A stretch of DNA of 64,000 nucleotides from the NCBI GenBank assembly GCA_944320495.1, contig CALUHR010000005.1, positions 96,001 to 160,000 on the forward strand. The letters are read 5' to 3'. The position numbers and the translations under genes were made by a program. Numbering within the stretch: the first letter of the stretch is position 1; each line of letters begins with the position of its first letter. The notes beneath the pieces were generated by a model. That model had not been told where the DNA came from and did not search any database. It saw only the letters and a list, made by a program, of their open reading frames with translations. Shown piece after piece: positions 28,429 through 38,412 of this stretch. The stretch is from Candidatus Methanomethylophilaceae archaeon. Its GTDB lineage: Archaea > Thermoplasmatota > Thermoplasmata > Methanomassiliicoccales > Methanomethylophilaceae.

Positions 28429-29392
28429 CCCTTTCCGATAGCATGCGGACGAACCTGTCCAGCAGGCCGCCCTCGTATGACGGGGACGCGCCGATTACGC
28501 CGGCGACCGCCTCCGTGAGAATGTCGAGTTCGCGGGGATCGCCGTCCTCCGCGAGCGAATCCGCCCTCTGGGCGGAGGACCAGACGATGTCCGCGGCGGC
28601 GGACACCTCCGGCGACGAAACGGTTTCCTCCAGCGAACGGCGGTACCTCTCCGGATCCGCGTCCGAACCGCACATGGCGCGCAGACCGTCGGCATCCAGC
28701 CCCATCTTGGCCAGGAGCTTCGATGCGGTCATCGGCATGGGATGCTCGTCGCGCGCATCCAGCGCGTATCCGACAGCGGCGGAGACCGCGCGGGCGGCGG
28801 CGATGCCTATGTTCGAGCCGGTCCCGGTCCAATCGACACGGTCCTCGCCGATGGGCGATATGACGGCCATGGAGTCGGACGTGGTCCCGGTCTCCAGGAA
28901 CCCGTGCTCGGCCATCGCCACGGACTTGCCCTCCACCAGAGGGATCATGAGGTTCACCTTGCCCGCGGTCGACAGCGGCACTGGGGACACGACGCAGATG
29001 TTGATCGTCCCCGCCAGCGCCCTCGCTCTCATCGCGGACACGGCGCTCTTCTCGTCATAGTCGTCCAGGACCTCCCCGGCGACGACGTGGTTGCTGAGCC
29101 CGGCGGTGGCGATCGCCGTCACCTCCGCGCCTTCGAACCCCACATCGCGGACGTTGAACACGTGGCGCACCTCCGCGGCCGTCATCATGCCCAACGAGTC
29201 CTCTGGCAGGCCCAGCTCCCTGCGGACGGCATCCGCATGGGCGGTGGGGTCCGGATGGTCGTAGTTCTTGGAGACCTGCATGATGAACACCGCGCTGACC
29301 ACGGAGTCCCCTCCGTTGAGCACGGCGCTGCTCAGCGCCTCCATCCTCTCGGTGAGGCGGACCACGCCGACGGGCATGCCGTCCGCCTCCAT
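28412..29392 (-). CDS. cbiZ: Adenosylcobinamide amidohydrolase with C-terminal extension
   Basis: LSSAVLNGG, GMMTAA, ATAGLSN, GTINI, TGTTSD motifs; start approximate. Confidence 0.85.
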   Translation of the reverse strand: MEADGMPVGVVRLTERMEALSSAVLNGGDSVVSAVFIMQVSKNYDHPDPTAHADAVRRELGLPEDSLGMMTAAEVRHVFNVRDVGFEGAEVTAIATAGLSNHVVAGEVLDDYDEKSAVSAMRARALAGTINICVVSPVPLSTAGKVNLMIPLVEGKSVAMAEHGFLETGTTSDSMAVISPIGEDRVDWTGTGSNIGIAAARAVSAAVGYALDARDEHPMPMTASKLLAKMGLDADGLRAMCGSDADPERYRRSLEETVSSPEVSAAADIVWSSAQRADSLAEDGDPRELDILTEAVAGVIGASPSYEGGLLDRFVRMLSERVDING

Positions 29393-29415
29393 GATCTCGT
29401 ATGATTGAACGAACG

Positions 29416-30435
29416 TCAGAACACAGACCCCCAGAATCCGAAGACCGCGTCCTCGCACCAGAGCTGCACCCCGATGCCTATGGTCCCGTAGAGGATCAGG
29501 CAGACGGTCAGCAGGAAGATCATGGACGCGAGCTCGATGAGCCTGCAGCAGCGCCTCACGTCATCGGTGGTGGGGAGCGGGTGGCCGGGGTTCATGAAGT
29601 ACACCCCGCGCTTCTCCATGCCTATCCCGAGGACCGCGGCTGCGGCGGTCATGGACCATCCGCTGTTGGGGCTCGGGGTCATCCTGTGGTCCTTCTTGGC
29701 GGCGGGCACCGCCGCCCTCCAGTCCATGCCGAGCATCATCCCCGCGAGGGCGATGAAGTACGGCGACACGCGCGACGTCACGAATCCGAGGACATCGTCG
29801 AACCTTGCCGGGAAGTGGCCGATGTTGGCGTACCTCTCGTTGAGGTACCCCCACATGGCGTCCATCAGGTTCGCGCAGCGGAACATTACCGCCCCGGGGA
29901 GACCGAGGATCCCGAAGTAGAGCAGCGGCGAGTAGACGCTGTCCACCAGGTTCTCCGTCACGGTCTCGCAGCACGACGAGGCCACGTGCTCCGCGTCCAT
30001 GCCACGGGTGTCGCGGCTGACGATCATCTGCACGCGCGCGTCGGCGCTCTCCAGGTCCCCCTTCTCGAGGTCCTCGCAGATCGGGCCGGTGTGCTTCCTG
30101 AACGAGAATATCGCGAAGTTGATCTTGAACAGCAGCGCGGTCAGCACTATCCAGCATATCTCGCCGGCCAGCGGGTCCACAGATGACACGCCGTACCTCA
30201 CCAGCGACGTGAGGCACAGCCCCACTCCGCAGAACACGGCGAACACCAGCAGGTACGATAGGAATCCGGCCGCGGTGGCCTTCCAGGACTGCCTGCTCCT
30301 GACATGGCGGTCGATGGCCGCCAGCATGTTGCCCATCCATCTCAGCGGATGGACCGAGTTGGGGACCTCCCCGATATAGCGGTCGATGAGCAGCGCCAGG
30401 ACCACGATCAGTATCGCGTCCAACCACAGCGGCAT
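29416..30435 (-). CDS. cbiB: Adenosylcobinamide-phosphate synthase
   Basis: HPLRWMG, MIVSRDT, ETVTENLVD, NLMDAMWGY, SPNSGWSM. Confidence 0.93.
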   Translation of the reverse strand: MPLWLDAILIVVLALLIDRYIGEVPNSVHPLRWMGNMLAAIDRHVRSRQSWKATAAGFLSYLLVFAVFCGVGLCLTSLVRYGVSSVDPLAGEICWIVLTALLFKINFAIFSFRKHTGPICEDLEKGDLESADARVQMIVSRDTRGMDAEHVASSCCETVTENLVDSVYSPLLYFGILGLPGAVMFRCANLMDAMWGYLNERYANIGHFPARFDDVLGFVTSRVSPYFIALAGMMLGMDWRAAVPAAKKDHRMTPSPNSGWSMTAAAAVLGIGMEKRGVYFMNPGHPLPTTDDVRRCCRLIELASMIFLLTVCLILYGTIGIGVQLWCEDAVFGFWGSVF

Positions 30436-30439
30436 GTGC

Positions 30440-31549
30440 TCACCCGTTCAGGACGGAGTCCGCGGCGGCGACGAACCTGCAGTTGCGCTCCCTGTCCTTC
30501 ACGCTGTATCTGACGTAGGACCTGTACTCAGGACCGAAGGACGAGCAGTCCCTCACGGAGATGCCGCGGGCAATCATCCTGGACTTGAACTCGGCTGCGT
30601 CCATCCCGAGGGATTCTATCGAGTTGAAGTAGAAGAACGAGTCCGACACGTCCCCGCAGGGGAACCCGATCTCCCTTAGGGCCGAGTTCATGATCTCGGA
30701 CTCCTCCGCCATGACGCCGGCGGCGTGGTCCACATGGTCGCGGCAGTCCCTCAGCAGGGCTATCGCCACGGCCTGCTCGATCTGACCGACGTTCCAGGTC
30801 ATCCTGACCTTCTCCATGCTCTCGATGATGTCCTGGTTGGCCATCCCGAAGCCGATCCTGATGCCGGGTATGGCGAAGGACTTCGTCAGGGACGAGGCCA
30901 CGATGAGGTTGGAGAAGCGGGACACCATGTTGGACAGAGTGTTGTCCACGAAGCCGGGCACCAGCTCCAGGAGGGTCTCGTCCAGGAACACGAGGACGCC
31001 CATGTCCTCGCATCCGCGGACGATCCTGATGAGCTTGTCCTTGGGCTCGACCCTGCCGGTGGGATTGTTGGGGTTGCAGATGTAGACCGCCCTGGCGCCC
31101 CTGGCCCTCTCCAGCAGCCTGTCGGCGTCTATGCGGAAGTCCTCCTCCGGACGGAGCACGAACGGGTCCACCTCCGCGCCGACGATCCTGCACTGCTGGG
31201 TGTACTCGGCGAAGCTGGGGCATGGGATGACCACGCGGTCCCCCTTGCGGAAGAACGTGTTGGGGACGTTGCGGATGATGTCCGACGACCCGGCCCCGAT
31301 GGTTATGCACTCGGGCTCGACGTCGAAGGCCTTCGAGATCGTGTCCCTGAGCTCGGCGCAGGAGTCGTCCGGATAGTGGCCGACGCCCTCCAGGGCCGCA
31401 TCGACGATCTCCCTCAGATTCTCGGGGGGTCCGAACGGATTGAGATTGTGGCTGTAGTCCTCCACACCGTCGAGCTTCCAGGCCTGGCCCCCGTGAACGG
31501 TCTTCGGAAGTCCCAGGAGCTCCTCCCTGGGCATCATGCGTCCCTTCAT
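30440..31549 (-). CDS. cobD: Threonine-phosphate decarboxylase (PLP class I/II aminotransferase)
   Basis: HGG, DYSHNLNPFGP, CNPNNPTG, SLTKSFAIPGIRIG; cob cluster context. Confidence 0.85.
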   Translation of the reverse strand: MKGRMMPREELLGLPKTVHGGQAWKLDGVEDYSHNLNPFGPPENLREIVDAALEGVGHYPDDSCAELRDTISKAFDVEPECITIGAGSSDIIRNVPNTFFRKGDRVVIPCPSFAEYTQQCRIVGAEVDPFVLRPEEDFRIDADRLLERARGARAVYICNPNNPTGRVEPKDKLIRIVRGCEDMGVLVFLDETLLELVPGFVDNTLSNMVSRFSNLIVASSLTKSFAIPGIRIGFGMANQDIIESMEKVRMTWNVGQIEQAVAIALLRDCRDHVDHAAGVMAEESEIMNSALREIGFPCGDVSDSFFYFNSIESLGMDAAEFKSRMIARGISVRDCSSFGPEYRSYVRYSVKDRERNCRFVAAADSVLNG

Positions 31550-31660
31550 GCTGGCGTCAAGGCACTGGGGATTCTTAACCCTGGCGGGATGTAACAGCCA
31601 GGCTCAGGTCCGGGATGTGCGCGGAGAGATGCTGACCGCCGAGGAACTTGCTGTGAAAGG

Positions 31661-31734
31661 CGGGCCCGCCGGGATTCGAACCCGGGTCTGAGGCTCCGGA
31701 GGCCCCCATGCTATCCAAGCTATACTACGAGCCC
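31661..31734 (-). tRNA. tRNA-Arg(CCG)
   Basis: Reverse complement GGGCTCGTAGTATAGC...GGGGC-CTCCGGA-GCCTC...GGTTCGAATCCC...GGGCCCG. Confidence 0.95.
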
Positions 31735-31867
31735 AGAGAACTGTTTGCTGGCGTTTGGTCGGTGTTTGGGAGCGTGAGAGAACATGTCGCCGGAGAGGGA
31801 ACTCCCCGGCTTGGATCCTGCGCCTCCTTGTGAGAGGGTGGAGGCGGATGAAGATGTTCTCGTACGC

Positions 31868-32047
31868 TCACTGCTTGAACTCGGTGTATCCGCAGTTGCC
31901 GCAGGAGACACGGTCCTTGTGGGTGGCCATGAACACGCCGGGGCCGCACTTGGGGCACACGGGCTTGGTCCTGGTCAGCTTGTCTCCGTCGACCTGGTAG
32001 GCGTCCTTCTTGGAGACGACCTTGGGCTTAGCTGCTGCCTTTGCCAT
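31868..32047 (-). CDS. rps27ae: 30S ribosomal protein S27ae
   Basis: CPKCGPGVFMATHKDRVSCGNCGYTE. Confidence 0.95.
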   Translation of the reverse strand: MAKAAAKPKVVSKKDAYQVDGDKLTRTKPVCPKCGPGVFMATHKDRVSCGNCGYTEFKQ

Positions 32048-32052
32048 TCGAA

Positions 32053-32370
32053 TCACTCCTCTGCGGGGGCCTCAGGCTCAGCCTTGGGGGCCTCGATTCC
32101 GTTCCTCTTGAGAAGGTACTCCCTCTCGAGCTTCAGGGCGTCCTCTTTGGAGTCGTAGACCTTGGCGTATCCCTTGGACATGCCGGTTCCGTAGACGGAC
32201 TCCACGGATGCGACGACGACGCAGTCCCTCTTGCTCTTGGTCAGCTTCGCGACCTCCTCGGCCACGGCGTTCCTTCCGGGGGTTGCCTCACCGGTGTGGT
32301 CGATGGTGAAGCAGACCTCGGCCCTCTTGTAGAGGGGGTTCTTCTTGTTCTCGATGATCTCCATCTTCAT
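32053..32370 (-). CDS. rps24e: 30S ribosomal protein S24e
   Basis: NPLYKRAEV, GMSKGYAKVYDS. Confidence 0.93.
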   Translation of the reverse strand: MKMEIIENKKNPLYKRAEVCFTIDHTGEATPGRNAVAEEVAKLTKSKRDCVVVASVESVYGTGMSKGYAKVYDSKEDALKLEREYLLKRNGIEAPKAEPEAPAEE

Positions 32371-32867
32371 TCCATTTCCTCCATTCTGGACAGGAGCTCC
32401 TCCGCCCTGCCCCTGGATTCGCCGTTGACGGCGATCTCCATCATGCATCTTCCGGGCATCCCGTACACGATGCGCGACCCCTCTGGGGCCATGACGAGGC
32501 ACGGGAGGACCGCCAGGTCCTCCTCCCCGTCCACGCGCACCAGCGCGGTCTCCCCGCCGATGCCCCTGCGCAGAGCCTCGGCCAGTCCGGCCGATATCCT
32601 CCCCGCGGGGTTGACGACGTCGATCCGCGGCTCGTCCTCGACGAGCCTCGCGAAGTCCGTCATCTCGCGGCGTTCGGTCAGGCCGTCGTACACCGACAGC
32701 ACCGGCCTGGCGCCGCATCTCCTGAGCACGAGGGAGACCACGTCCCCCACGGCTATGTAAGTCGTTTCTCCTGTGGTATCGACGAGGGACTCGGGAAGCT
32801 CGGAACCCAGCGGGGACTTGAACGCCTCGCGCTCCGATTCCGGCAGTACCAGATCCCTCTCGAACAT
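32367..32867 (-). CDS. GTP-dependent dephospho-CoA kinase (DUF359)
   Basis: IAVGDVVS, YDGLTERR, NPAGRIS, VDGEEDLAVLP, YGMP; canonical position in the rpoE-S24e operon. Confidence 0.9.
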   Translation of the reverse strand: MFERDLVLPESEREAFKSPLGSELPESLVDTTGETTYIAVGDVVSLVLRRCGARPVLSVYDGLTERREMTDFARLVEDEPRIDVVNPAGRISAGLAEALRRGIGGETALVRVDGEEDLAVLPCLVMAPEGSRIVYGMPGRCMMEIAVNGESRGRAEELLSRMEEME

Positions 32868-32872
32868 CAGCT

Positions 32873-33064
32873 TCAGCGCACCTTGAGGGCGTACTTCCCG
32901 TTGGACGAGATGCCCATCCTCTTGGCGATCTCGGACTTCTCGAAGTCCGTGACGACGAGGAAACCCTGCCACTCTTTGGAGGTCTGTCCGCCGCAGACGG
33001 GGCACGTGTCGGCCTCGCTCAGGCGGCTGCACTGCTTGCAGGCCCTGTAGTTGGGTCCGGCCAT
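32873..33064 (-). CDS. spt4: Transcription elongation factor Spt4 (RpoE'')
   Basis: ACKQC...CPVCG...EWQG...SEIAKRMGI...YALKVR. Confidence 0.95.
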   Translation of the reverse strand: MAGPNYRACKQCSRLSEADTCPVCGGQTSKEWQGFLVVTDFEKSEIAKRMGISSNGKYALKVR

Positions 33065-33642
33065 CAGGCATCACCCTCGGCCTTGTCCGCGTGCTTCTTG
33101 CTGTCCTCCGCGAGCCACTCCAGCTTGCCGAGCCCGGGCTGGCGCATGGTCAGTCCGATCTTGCTGTCCTGGGGGTTCTTCTCGTTGAGGTCGATGCTGA
33201 CGACCCTGGCCCTGACGATGTCACCGACGGCGAGGAACCTTCCGGTCTCCTTGCCGACGAGCCTCTGGTTTGCCTCGTCGATGTCGACGCGATCGTCCAT
33301 GATCTGGCTCACGTGGAGCAGACCGTCGAGGGGACCGAACCTGACGAATGCGCCGAACTTGAGGATCTCGACGACGACGCCCTCGATGACCTCGTTGTCC
33401 CTCGGCTTGAAGACCACCTGCTCGAACTTCACGGACTGGTACACGGCGCCGTCCCCGTGGACGATGCGTCCGGGACCGACTGCCCTGACGTTCTTGATCA
33501 GGAGTGTGAAGCTCTTGTCGCCCTCCGCGAGGCGTCCCTCGTACGTCTCCCAGGTGAGGTTGTCGACGACCTTGTCGGGATCGTCCCCCAGCTCGGAGGG
33601 AGGGATGCGGATGACCTTCTCGACCTCGTTTAGTATATACAT
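33064..33642 (-). CDS. rpoE1: DNA-directed RNA polymerase subunit Rpo7 (E')
   Basis: GRIVHGDGAVY, FGAFVRFGPLDGLLHVSQI, TMRQPGLGKLEW. Confidence 0.97.
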   Translation of the reverse strand: MYILNEVEKVIRIPPSELGDDPDKVVDNLTWETYEGRLAEGDKSFTLLIKNVRAVGPGRIVHGDGAVYQSVKFEQVVFKPRDNEVIEGVVVEILKFGAFVRFGPLDGLLHVSQIMDDRVDIDEANQRLVGKETGRFLAVGDIVRARVVSIDLNEKNPQDSKIGLTMRQPGLGKLEWLAEDSKKHADKAEGDA

Positions 33643-33666
33643 GGCGGGTCCTCTCGAATGACCCGA

Positions 33667-34179
33667 CTAACGCGGACTCATATATAACACTAATCGGCCC
33701 CTAATACGCGCATGAGAACGTCGGAAGGGACCCTCTTGGCACCCGCTCCTGACGGCCGCCTCGGAAAGGGGCTCGTCGACCACCGTGTGACCGCACACGA
33801 CGGATGCGATGCGGGGTGCGCCACCGTCATCGAGGTACCCGGGGCCGAACGTAACGACGGGGTTCAGCACATCGCGCTCGGTGGCCTCGGAGGCGTTCCT
33901 GGCGCCCATGTCGCAGCACAGTGCCAGCACGATATCGTATCCATCGGCGGACGCTGCCATCTCCCTCGCCTTGCGCATGAAACAGCACGCCGAGGAGCGG
34001 ACCACGCCGGCAACCTCGATGCCGTCCGACGACAGGCGGGAGGCGAGATCCTCCGCCCTGTCCCTACCGCCGATCCCGCAGAATCTGGCACATGTGTCGC
34101 AGGTCCACACGAGCACCGACCTGCCGCGGAGATCCCCGACCAGGTCGCCGTAGTCCCTGTCGCGCGCCATCACCTGCAT
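33667..34179 (-). CDS. Cys-rich hypothetical protein (MetV/MTHFR-associated domain-like)
   Basis: VLVWTCDTCARFCGIGG...ACC...ALCCDMG pattern. Confidence 0.55.
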   Translation of the reverse strand: MQVMARDRDYGDLVGDLRGRSVLVWTCDTCARFCGIGGRDRAEDLASRLSSDGIEVAGVVRSSACCFMRKAREMAASADGYDIVLALCCDMGARNASEATERDVLNPVVTFGPGYLDDGGAPRIASVVCGHTVVDEPLSEAAVRSGCQEGPFRRSHARIRGRLVLYMSPR

Positions 34180-34203
34180 GCTTCGGACATCGCGGCCCCG
34201 GTT

Positions 34204-34764
34204 TTAACAGTCTCGGAACCTCGTCCCGATCTGGAACGCACGGTCCAGGACATCAGGGTCCATCGGCATGTCCAGCGGCATGAACCATGTGCAGTACGAT
34301 ATCCTCCCGACGGACTGGCAGTAGAAGTGCTGCTCCATGATCTTCTCCAGCTCGACGGACACCCTCTCGGCGCTGGTGTCGTCGGCCCCGGCGGTGACGA
34401 TGACGGCCACCTTCTTGCCCTTCGGCATCGCCGAGCAGGAGTTCATGTCCAGGAAGCTGTACAGACGGTCGAAGACGAGCTTGAACAGCCCGTTGGTGTC
34501 GTTGAAGTTGATCGATGTGCAGAGGATCAGGCCCTCGGCATCGCGTATCTCCTCCAGGATCGGGGTGATGTCGTCCTTCAGGACGCAGTGGCACCCGTTG
34601 TTCTTGCATCCTCCGCAGTTCTGGCACTGGCGATAGGACGTCATGTCATTGAGGCGGTGAATGCTTACGGCCTTCCCCACGGACTCCGCTCCCTCGACGG
34701 CTTTCGCCGCTATCATCGAGCCGAACCCGTTGGCGCGCGGACTGGAAATCAGGCATGTGATCAT
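34204..34764 (-). CDS. Iron-sulfur flavoprotein / flavodoxin family
   Basis: SSPRANG, CQNCGGCKNNGCHCVLKDD motif. Confidence 0.85.
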   Translation of the reverse strand: MITCLISSPRANGFGSMIAAKAVEGAESVGKAVSIHRLNDMTSYRQCQNCGGCKNNGCHCVLKDDITPILEEIRDAEGLILCTSINFNDTNGLFKLVFDRLYSFLDMNSCSAMPKGKKVAVIVTAGADDTSAERVSVELEKIMEQHFYCQSVGRISYCTWFMPLDMPMDPDVLDRAFQIGTRFRDC

Positions 34765-34969
34765 TTCAGACTACCCCTTTTCGGAATCCCCTGCGGCTAC
34801 GATAAAGCCAGCAGTTACAGCCAGGTAATGAGGTGCCGCGTGGGCCGCGGACCACCACTCGACCGCGCCCGGATGCGCCCGGATGCGCCCGTGGCCCGGA
34901 CGTGTAATCTGTACGCCCGACAGCATCGTATTTATGGAAGGGGCATCTAGCGATGCACAGTGAGTCAAT

Positions 34970-35923
34970 ATGACTGCGAAAGACGAGCTTGAACTGATCG
35001 CCGTTGAGGACATCAAAGTGAAGAAGGGGATGACCGTCGAGGAGATGCTCCAGGCCATGGGACGCGCCGGAGGATTCACCGCCCAGAAGCTGGCGGACGC
35101 CACCGACATCGCCGAGGCCATGGTCAAGGACAAGGACTGCCTCAAGATCCTGTCCTTCCCGGCCTGCATCATGGCCACCGGAACCCGCGGCGTCATCGTC
35201 GACATGGTCAAGAACCACATGGTCGACCTCATCATCACCACCTGCGGAACCCTGGACCACGACCTCTCCAGGACCTTCGCCGCCTACTACAAGGGCGACT
35301 TCCAGATGGACGACGCCATGCTGAGGGAGAAGTACGAGATCAGCAGGCTCGGCAACGTCCTGGTCCCCGACGAGTGCTACGGAATCGTCCTCGAGGACGA
35401 GCTCCTGCCCATGTTCGACGAGATCTTCGAGGGAAAGGACTCCATGTCCACCCACGAGATCATCGACGCCGTCGGCGCCAGGCTGGACAACGAGGACTCC
35501 CTCCTGTACCAGTGCCACAAGAACAACGTCCCCATCGTGGTCCCCGGCATCACCGACGGATCCTTCGGATGCCAGCTCTGGATGTACTACCAGACCCACA
35601 GGAAGTTCAGGATCGACCTCTTCGCCGACGAGCAGATGCTCTCCGAGATGACCAACCACGCCGAGAAGACCGGCGCCATCGCCATCGGCGGAGGCATCTC
35701 CAAGCACCACGTCATCTGGTGGAACCAGTTCCGCGGCGGACTGGACTACTGCATCTACCTGACCACTGCCCAGGAGTACGACGGTTCCCTCTCCGGTGCC
35801 CGCATCAGGGAGGCCGTGTCCTGGGGCAAGGTCAGGTCCGGAGCCAAGAAGATGACCGTCGAGGGCGATGCCACCATCCACCTCCCGATTATCTACGCCG
35901 GCCTCGTCGAGAGGCTGCTCTGA
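34970..35923 (+). CDS. dys: Deoxyhypusine synthase
   Basis: PGITDGSFG, IGGGISKHH, QEYDGSLSGARIREAVSWGKV, EGDATI. Confidence 0.96.
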   Translation: MTAKDELELIAVEDIKVKKGMTVEEMLQAMGRAGGFTAQKLADATDIAEAMVKDKDCLKILSFPACIMATGTRGVIVDMVKNHMVDLIITTCGTLDHDLSRTFAAYYKGDFQMDDAMLREKYEISRLGNVLVPDECYGIVLEDELLPMFDEIFEGKDSMSTHEIIDAVGARLDNEDSLLYQCHKNNVPIVVPGITDGSFGCQLWMYYQTHRKFRIDLFADEQMLSEMTNHAEKTGAIAIGGGISKHHVIWWNQFRGGLDYCIYLTTAQEYDGSLSGARIREAVSWGKVRSGAKKMTVEGDATIHLPIIYAGLVERLL

Positions 35924-35924
35924 T

Positions 35925-36914
35925 ATGGAGCGCATACTCTTCCTGCCCGGAGACGGGCAGGGACCCGCCTCCGTCGACGCCGCCATGCGGATAGTCTCCG
36001 CGGTGGACGGCGGCGTGGAGGCGGCGACCGGCGACATCGGCTCGGCCGCCTACGAGAGGTACGGGGCGTCCCTCCCCTACGAGACCCTCGACCTCGTCGG
36101 CGGCTGCCCGGTGATCGTCAGCGGCCCCACCCAGGAATCCATCGACGGCCGCGACCCGCTGGCCGACCTGATGGGCCAGATGGACCTCTACGGACGCCGC
36201 AGGAGGTTCGTCACCCTGGCGGACGGCCTCGGCGTCCCCGGCACCGACGTCACCATCTGGGGCACCAGCGCCAGCGGCCGCGCCGGCATATCCGAGACCA
36301 GGGACGTGGACGGCGTCACCATCTCGAAGCACATAGGCACGGCCGTGTACGCCAGGATCATGGCGGCCGCCATGACCGACATGGAGCTCCGCGGGGCCAG
36401 CAGGGCGGAGTGCATCGCGAGGGAGGACCTCTTCCCGGAGGCAAGCGGCTCCATCTACGAGTCCTTCGACCTCCTCTTCCAGAGGGAGGGCATCGAGTCC
36501 CACCGCTGCAACGTGACGGACTGGGTCCCTCGCTTCGTGTCCAACCCCGCCTCCTTCGGGTTCATCGTGGCCTCCGACCTCTACGCGATCATAGCGGAGA
36601 GATTGGCCGCGTCATTCACGGGGGGCATCTCCATGTCGCCGCTGAAGCTCGTCGGAGGGGACAGCACGCTCATCCTCCCCTGCGGCGAGTCCAGGACGGG
36701 CGACTCCGTGTCCGCCGCCATGACGGCGGTCTACGCCCTGGAGGACATCGGCCACCGCGAGGAGGCCGCGAGGGCCGAGGAGGCGATCCGCCGCGCACTG
36801 GCGGAGGAGCCGGAATCCGGCAGGATAGAGCCCGGGGACTTCGCCGACCTCGTCGTGTCGATGCTCCGACGGGCACGACCCTCAATAGTCATTTTCTATC
36901 GGCTCCCCGATTAA
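35925..36914 (+). CDS. Isocitrate/isopropylmalate dehydrogenase family protein (divergent)
   Basis: ILFLPGDGQGP, DIGSAAYERYG, IVASDLYAII; several catalytic motifs look eroded. Confidence 0.75.
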   Translation: MERILFLPGDGQGPASVDAAMRIVSAVDGGVEAATGDIGSAAYERYGASLPYETLDLVGGCPVIVSGPTQESIDGRDPLADLMGQMDLYGRRRRFVTLADGLGVPGTDVTIWGTSASGRAGISETRDVDGVTISKHIGTAVYARIMAAAMTDMELRGASRAECIAREDLFPEASGSIYESFDLLFQREGIESHRCNVTDWVPRFVSNPASFGFIVASDLYAIIAERLAASFTGGISMSPLKLVGGDSTLILPCGESRTGDSVSAAMTAVYALEDIGHREEAARAEEAIRRALAEEPESGRIEPGDFADLVVSMLRRARPSIVIFYRLPD

Positions 36915-36920
36915 GCGGGC

Positions 36921-37964
36921 ATGAAGGATGCTGGACACAGGACGGCCGTCGAGGCCGCCCTGAACTTCGAGGACTGCGGCAGGACTCCGGTCAACAACTT
37001 CGAGGTCGTCACCGCCGCGCGCTACGCCGGCGTCACCGTGGACCAGGCCCGCAGGGACCCGAAACTCTCCGCCCGCGTCGCGGTCGACTACTGCATGAGG
37101 ACCGAGTCCGACTTCGTGAAGCCGGTCCTGGACTCGCAGATCCCCCTGGCGGACATCGGCATGGAGGTCAGGTTCCCGGAGGACGACTACGGCAGCGTCC
37201 CAGGACACCTGGTGGACACCCCCGAGGACATCGACAGGCTGCACATCTTCGACCCGGACAACGCATCGGAGTGCCCCGGCTTCACCACCGTCAGGCAGGC
37301 GCTGACCGAGACCGAGAGCCTCCTGGAGGAGGACCTGCACATCTGCGGGCTCTCCTGGGGCCCTATCACCACCGCCGGCTATCTCATGGGAGCGGAGAAC
37401 ATGATGTTCGCCATGCTGACCGACGAGGACCTCGTCAAGAGCCTCGTGGACAAGGCGTCGGAGCTCGTCTCCGTGATGGAGAGGGCCATGGTCGCCAGCG
37501 GTGCGTCCCTGATGTGGATGGCCGACCCCACGTCGTCCGAGGACCTGATCTCCCCGGAGATGTTCGACACGTTCTCCAAGGCGGGCATCAAGCGCGTGAT
37601 CGACGACGTGAAGCGCGAGTACGACGTGCCGAACTTCGTCCACATCTGCGGCAACACCGTGGACACGATCGCCCACCTCAAGGGGACGGGCGCGGACTGC
37701 CTGAGCTTCGACCACGCCGTCGACCCCGCCAAGGCCAGGAGGGCTGCCGGGAAGGACCTGGCGCTCATGGGCAACGTGGACCCAGTGAAGTACGTCATGC
37801 TAGGGACCCCCGAGCAGGTCGCACAGAAGTCCTACGAGGTCATCGAGGCCGCCGGACGCGAGGGCGGGCTCATCCTCGCCCCCGGATGCGAGACGCCCAT
37901 ATCCAGCCCCTTCGAGAACGTCCTGGCCATGGGACGCGCCGGAAGGGAGTACTGGACCCGCTGA
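36921..37964 (+). CDS. MtaA/CmuA-family methylcobamide:CoM methyltransferase (UroD fold)
   Basis: WGPITTAG, MADPTSS, HICGN, MGNVDP, ILAPGCE. Confidence 0.85.
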   Translation: MKDAGHRTAVEAALNFEDCGRTPVNNFEVVTAARYAGVTVDQARRDPKLSARVAVDYCMRTESDFVKPVLDSQIPLADIGMEVRFPEDDYGSVPGHLVDTPEDIDRLHIFDPDNASECPGFTTVRQALTETESLLEEDLHICGLSWGPITTAGYLMGAENMMFAMLTDEDLVKSLVDKASELVSVMERAMVASGASLMWMADPTSSEDLISPEMFDTFSKAGIKRVIDDVKREYDVPNFVHICGNTVDTIAHLKGTGADCLSFDHAVDPAKARRAAGKDLALMGNVDPVKYVMLGTPEQVAQKSYEVIEAAGREGGLILAPGCETPISSPFENVLAMGRAGREYWTR

Positions 37965-38008
37965 CAATCGAAATCATTTTAAAGGGGGAATATTTCCCCC
38001 GTTTCACT

Positions 38009-38095
38009 GCAAGGGTAGTCAAGCCTGGCCAACGACGCTAGCTTGAGGGGCTAGTCCTTAGTGGTCCGCGAGTTCAAATCTCGTCCCTTGCACCA
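38009..38095 (+). tRNA. tRNA-Leu(GAG), encoded CCA; probable integration site
   Basis: GCAAGGG acceptor stem, CTAGC-TTGAGGG-GCTAG anticodon arm, long variable arm, T-loop TTCAAAT, 3' ACCA. Confidence 0.95.
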
Positions 38096-38208
38096 CTTCC
38101 CTTTTTCCGACAGTCTTTGGGAACGCTGGTGAATGTTACGAATCATCCGTCACCGTTTCGACGGATGCACCTGGTCCGAGGAGACCCGTCTCCGCGAAGA
38201 CACCTTCG

Positions 38209-38412
38209 GTGTCCACCGAGGAGGAACTCCTTTTCTGGAGTTCCATCCCGGATGATGATGTCGTCCTCATCGACATCCGCACCTGCCCGCTCACCCTGAG
38301 TGGTGTGATGGACTGGATTGGGGAGGCTGTCAGACGCCTCCCCCGCCACGAGGTCTTCATGGACGGCGACCGCTACGCCGTCGTCGCCCGCCCGAGGAGG
38401 GATGCGGCATGA
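38209..38412 (+). CDS. Hypothetical protein
   Basis: GTG start; stop overlaps the next ATG. Confidence 0.55.
   Translation: MSTEEELLFWSSIPDDDVVLIDIRTCPLTLSGVMDWIGEAVRRLPRHEVFMDGDRYAVVARPRRDAA

Noticed and set aside
34865-34891. GCGCCCGGAT x2.7 micro-repeat
   Set aside because: Short GC-rich intergenic duplication with no supporting context; probably replication slippage.
36921-37964. Pyrrolysine (in-frame TAG) readthrough in methyltransferase genes
   Set aside because: MtaA-type proteins do not use Pyl, and I saw no recognisable gene here interrupted by TAG.
37984-38000. GGGGGAA-TAT-TTCCCCC palindrome as an att site
   Set aside because: It lies upstream of the tRNA, between its TATA-like box and 5' end; more likely an mtaA terminator or tRNA leader structure.
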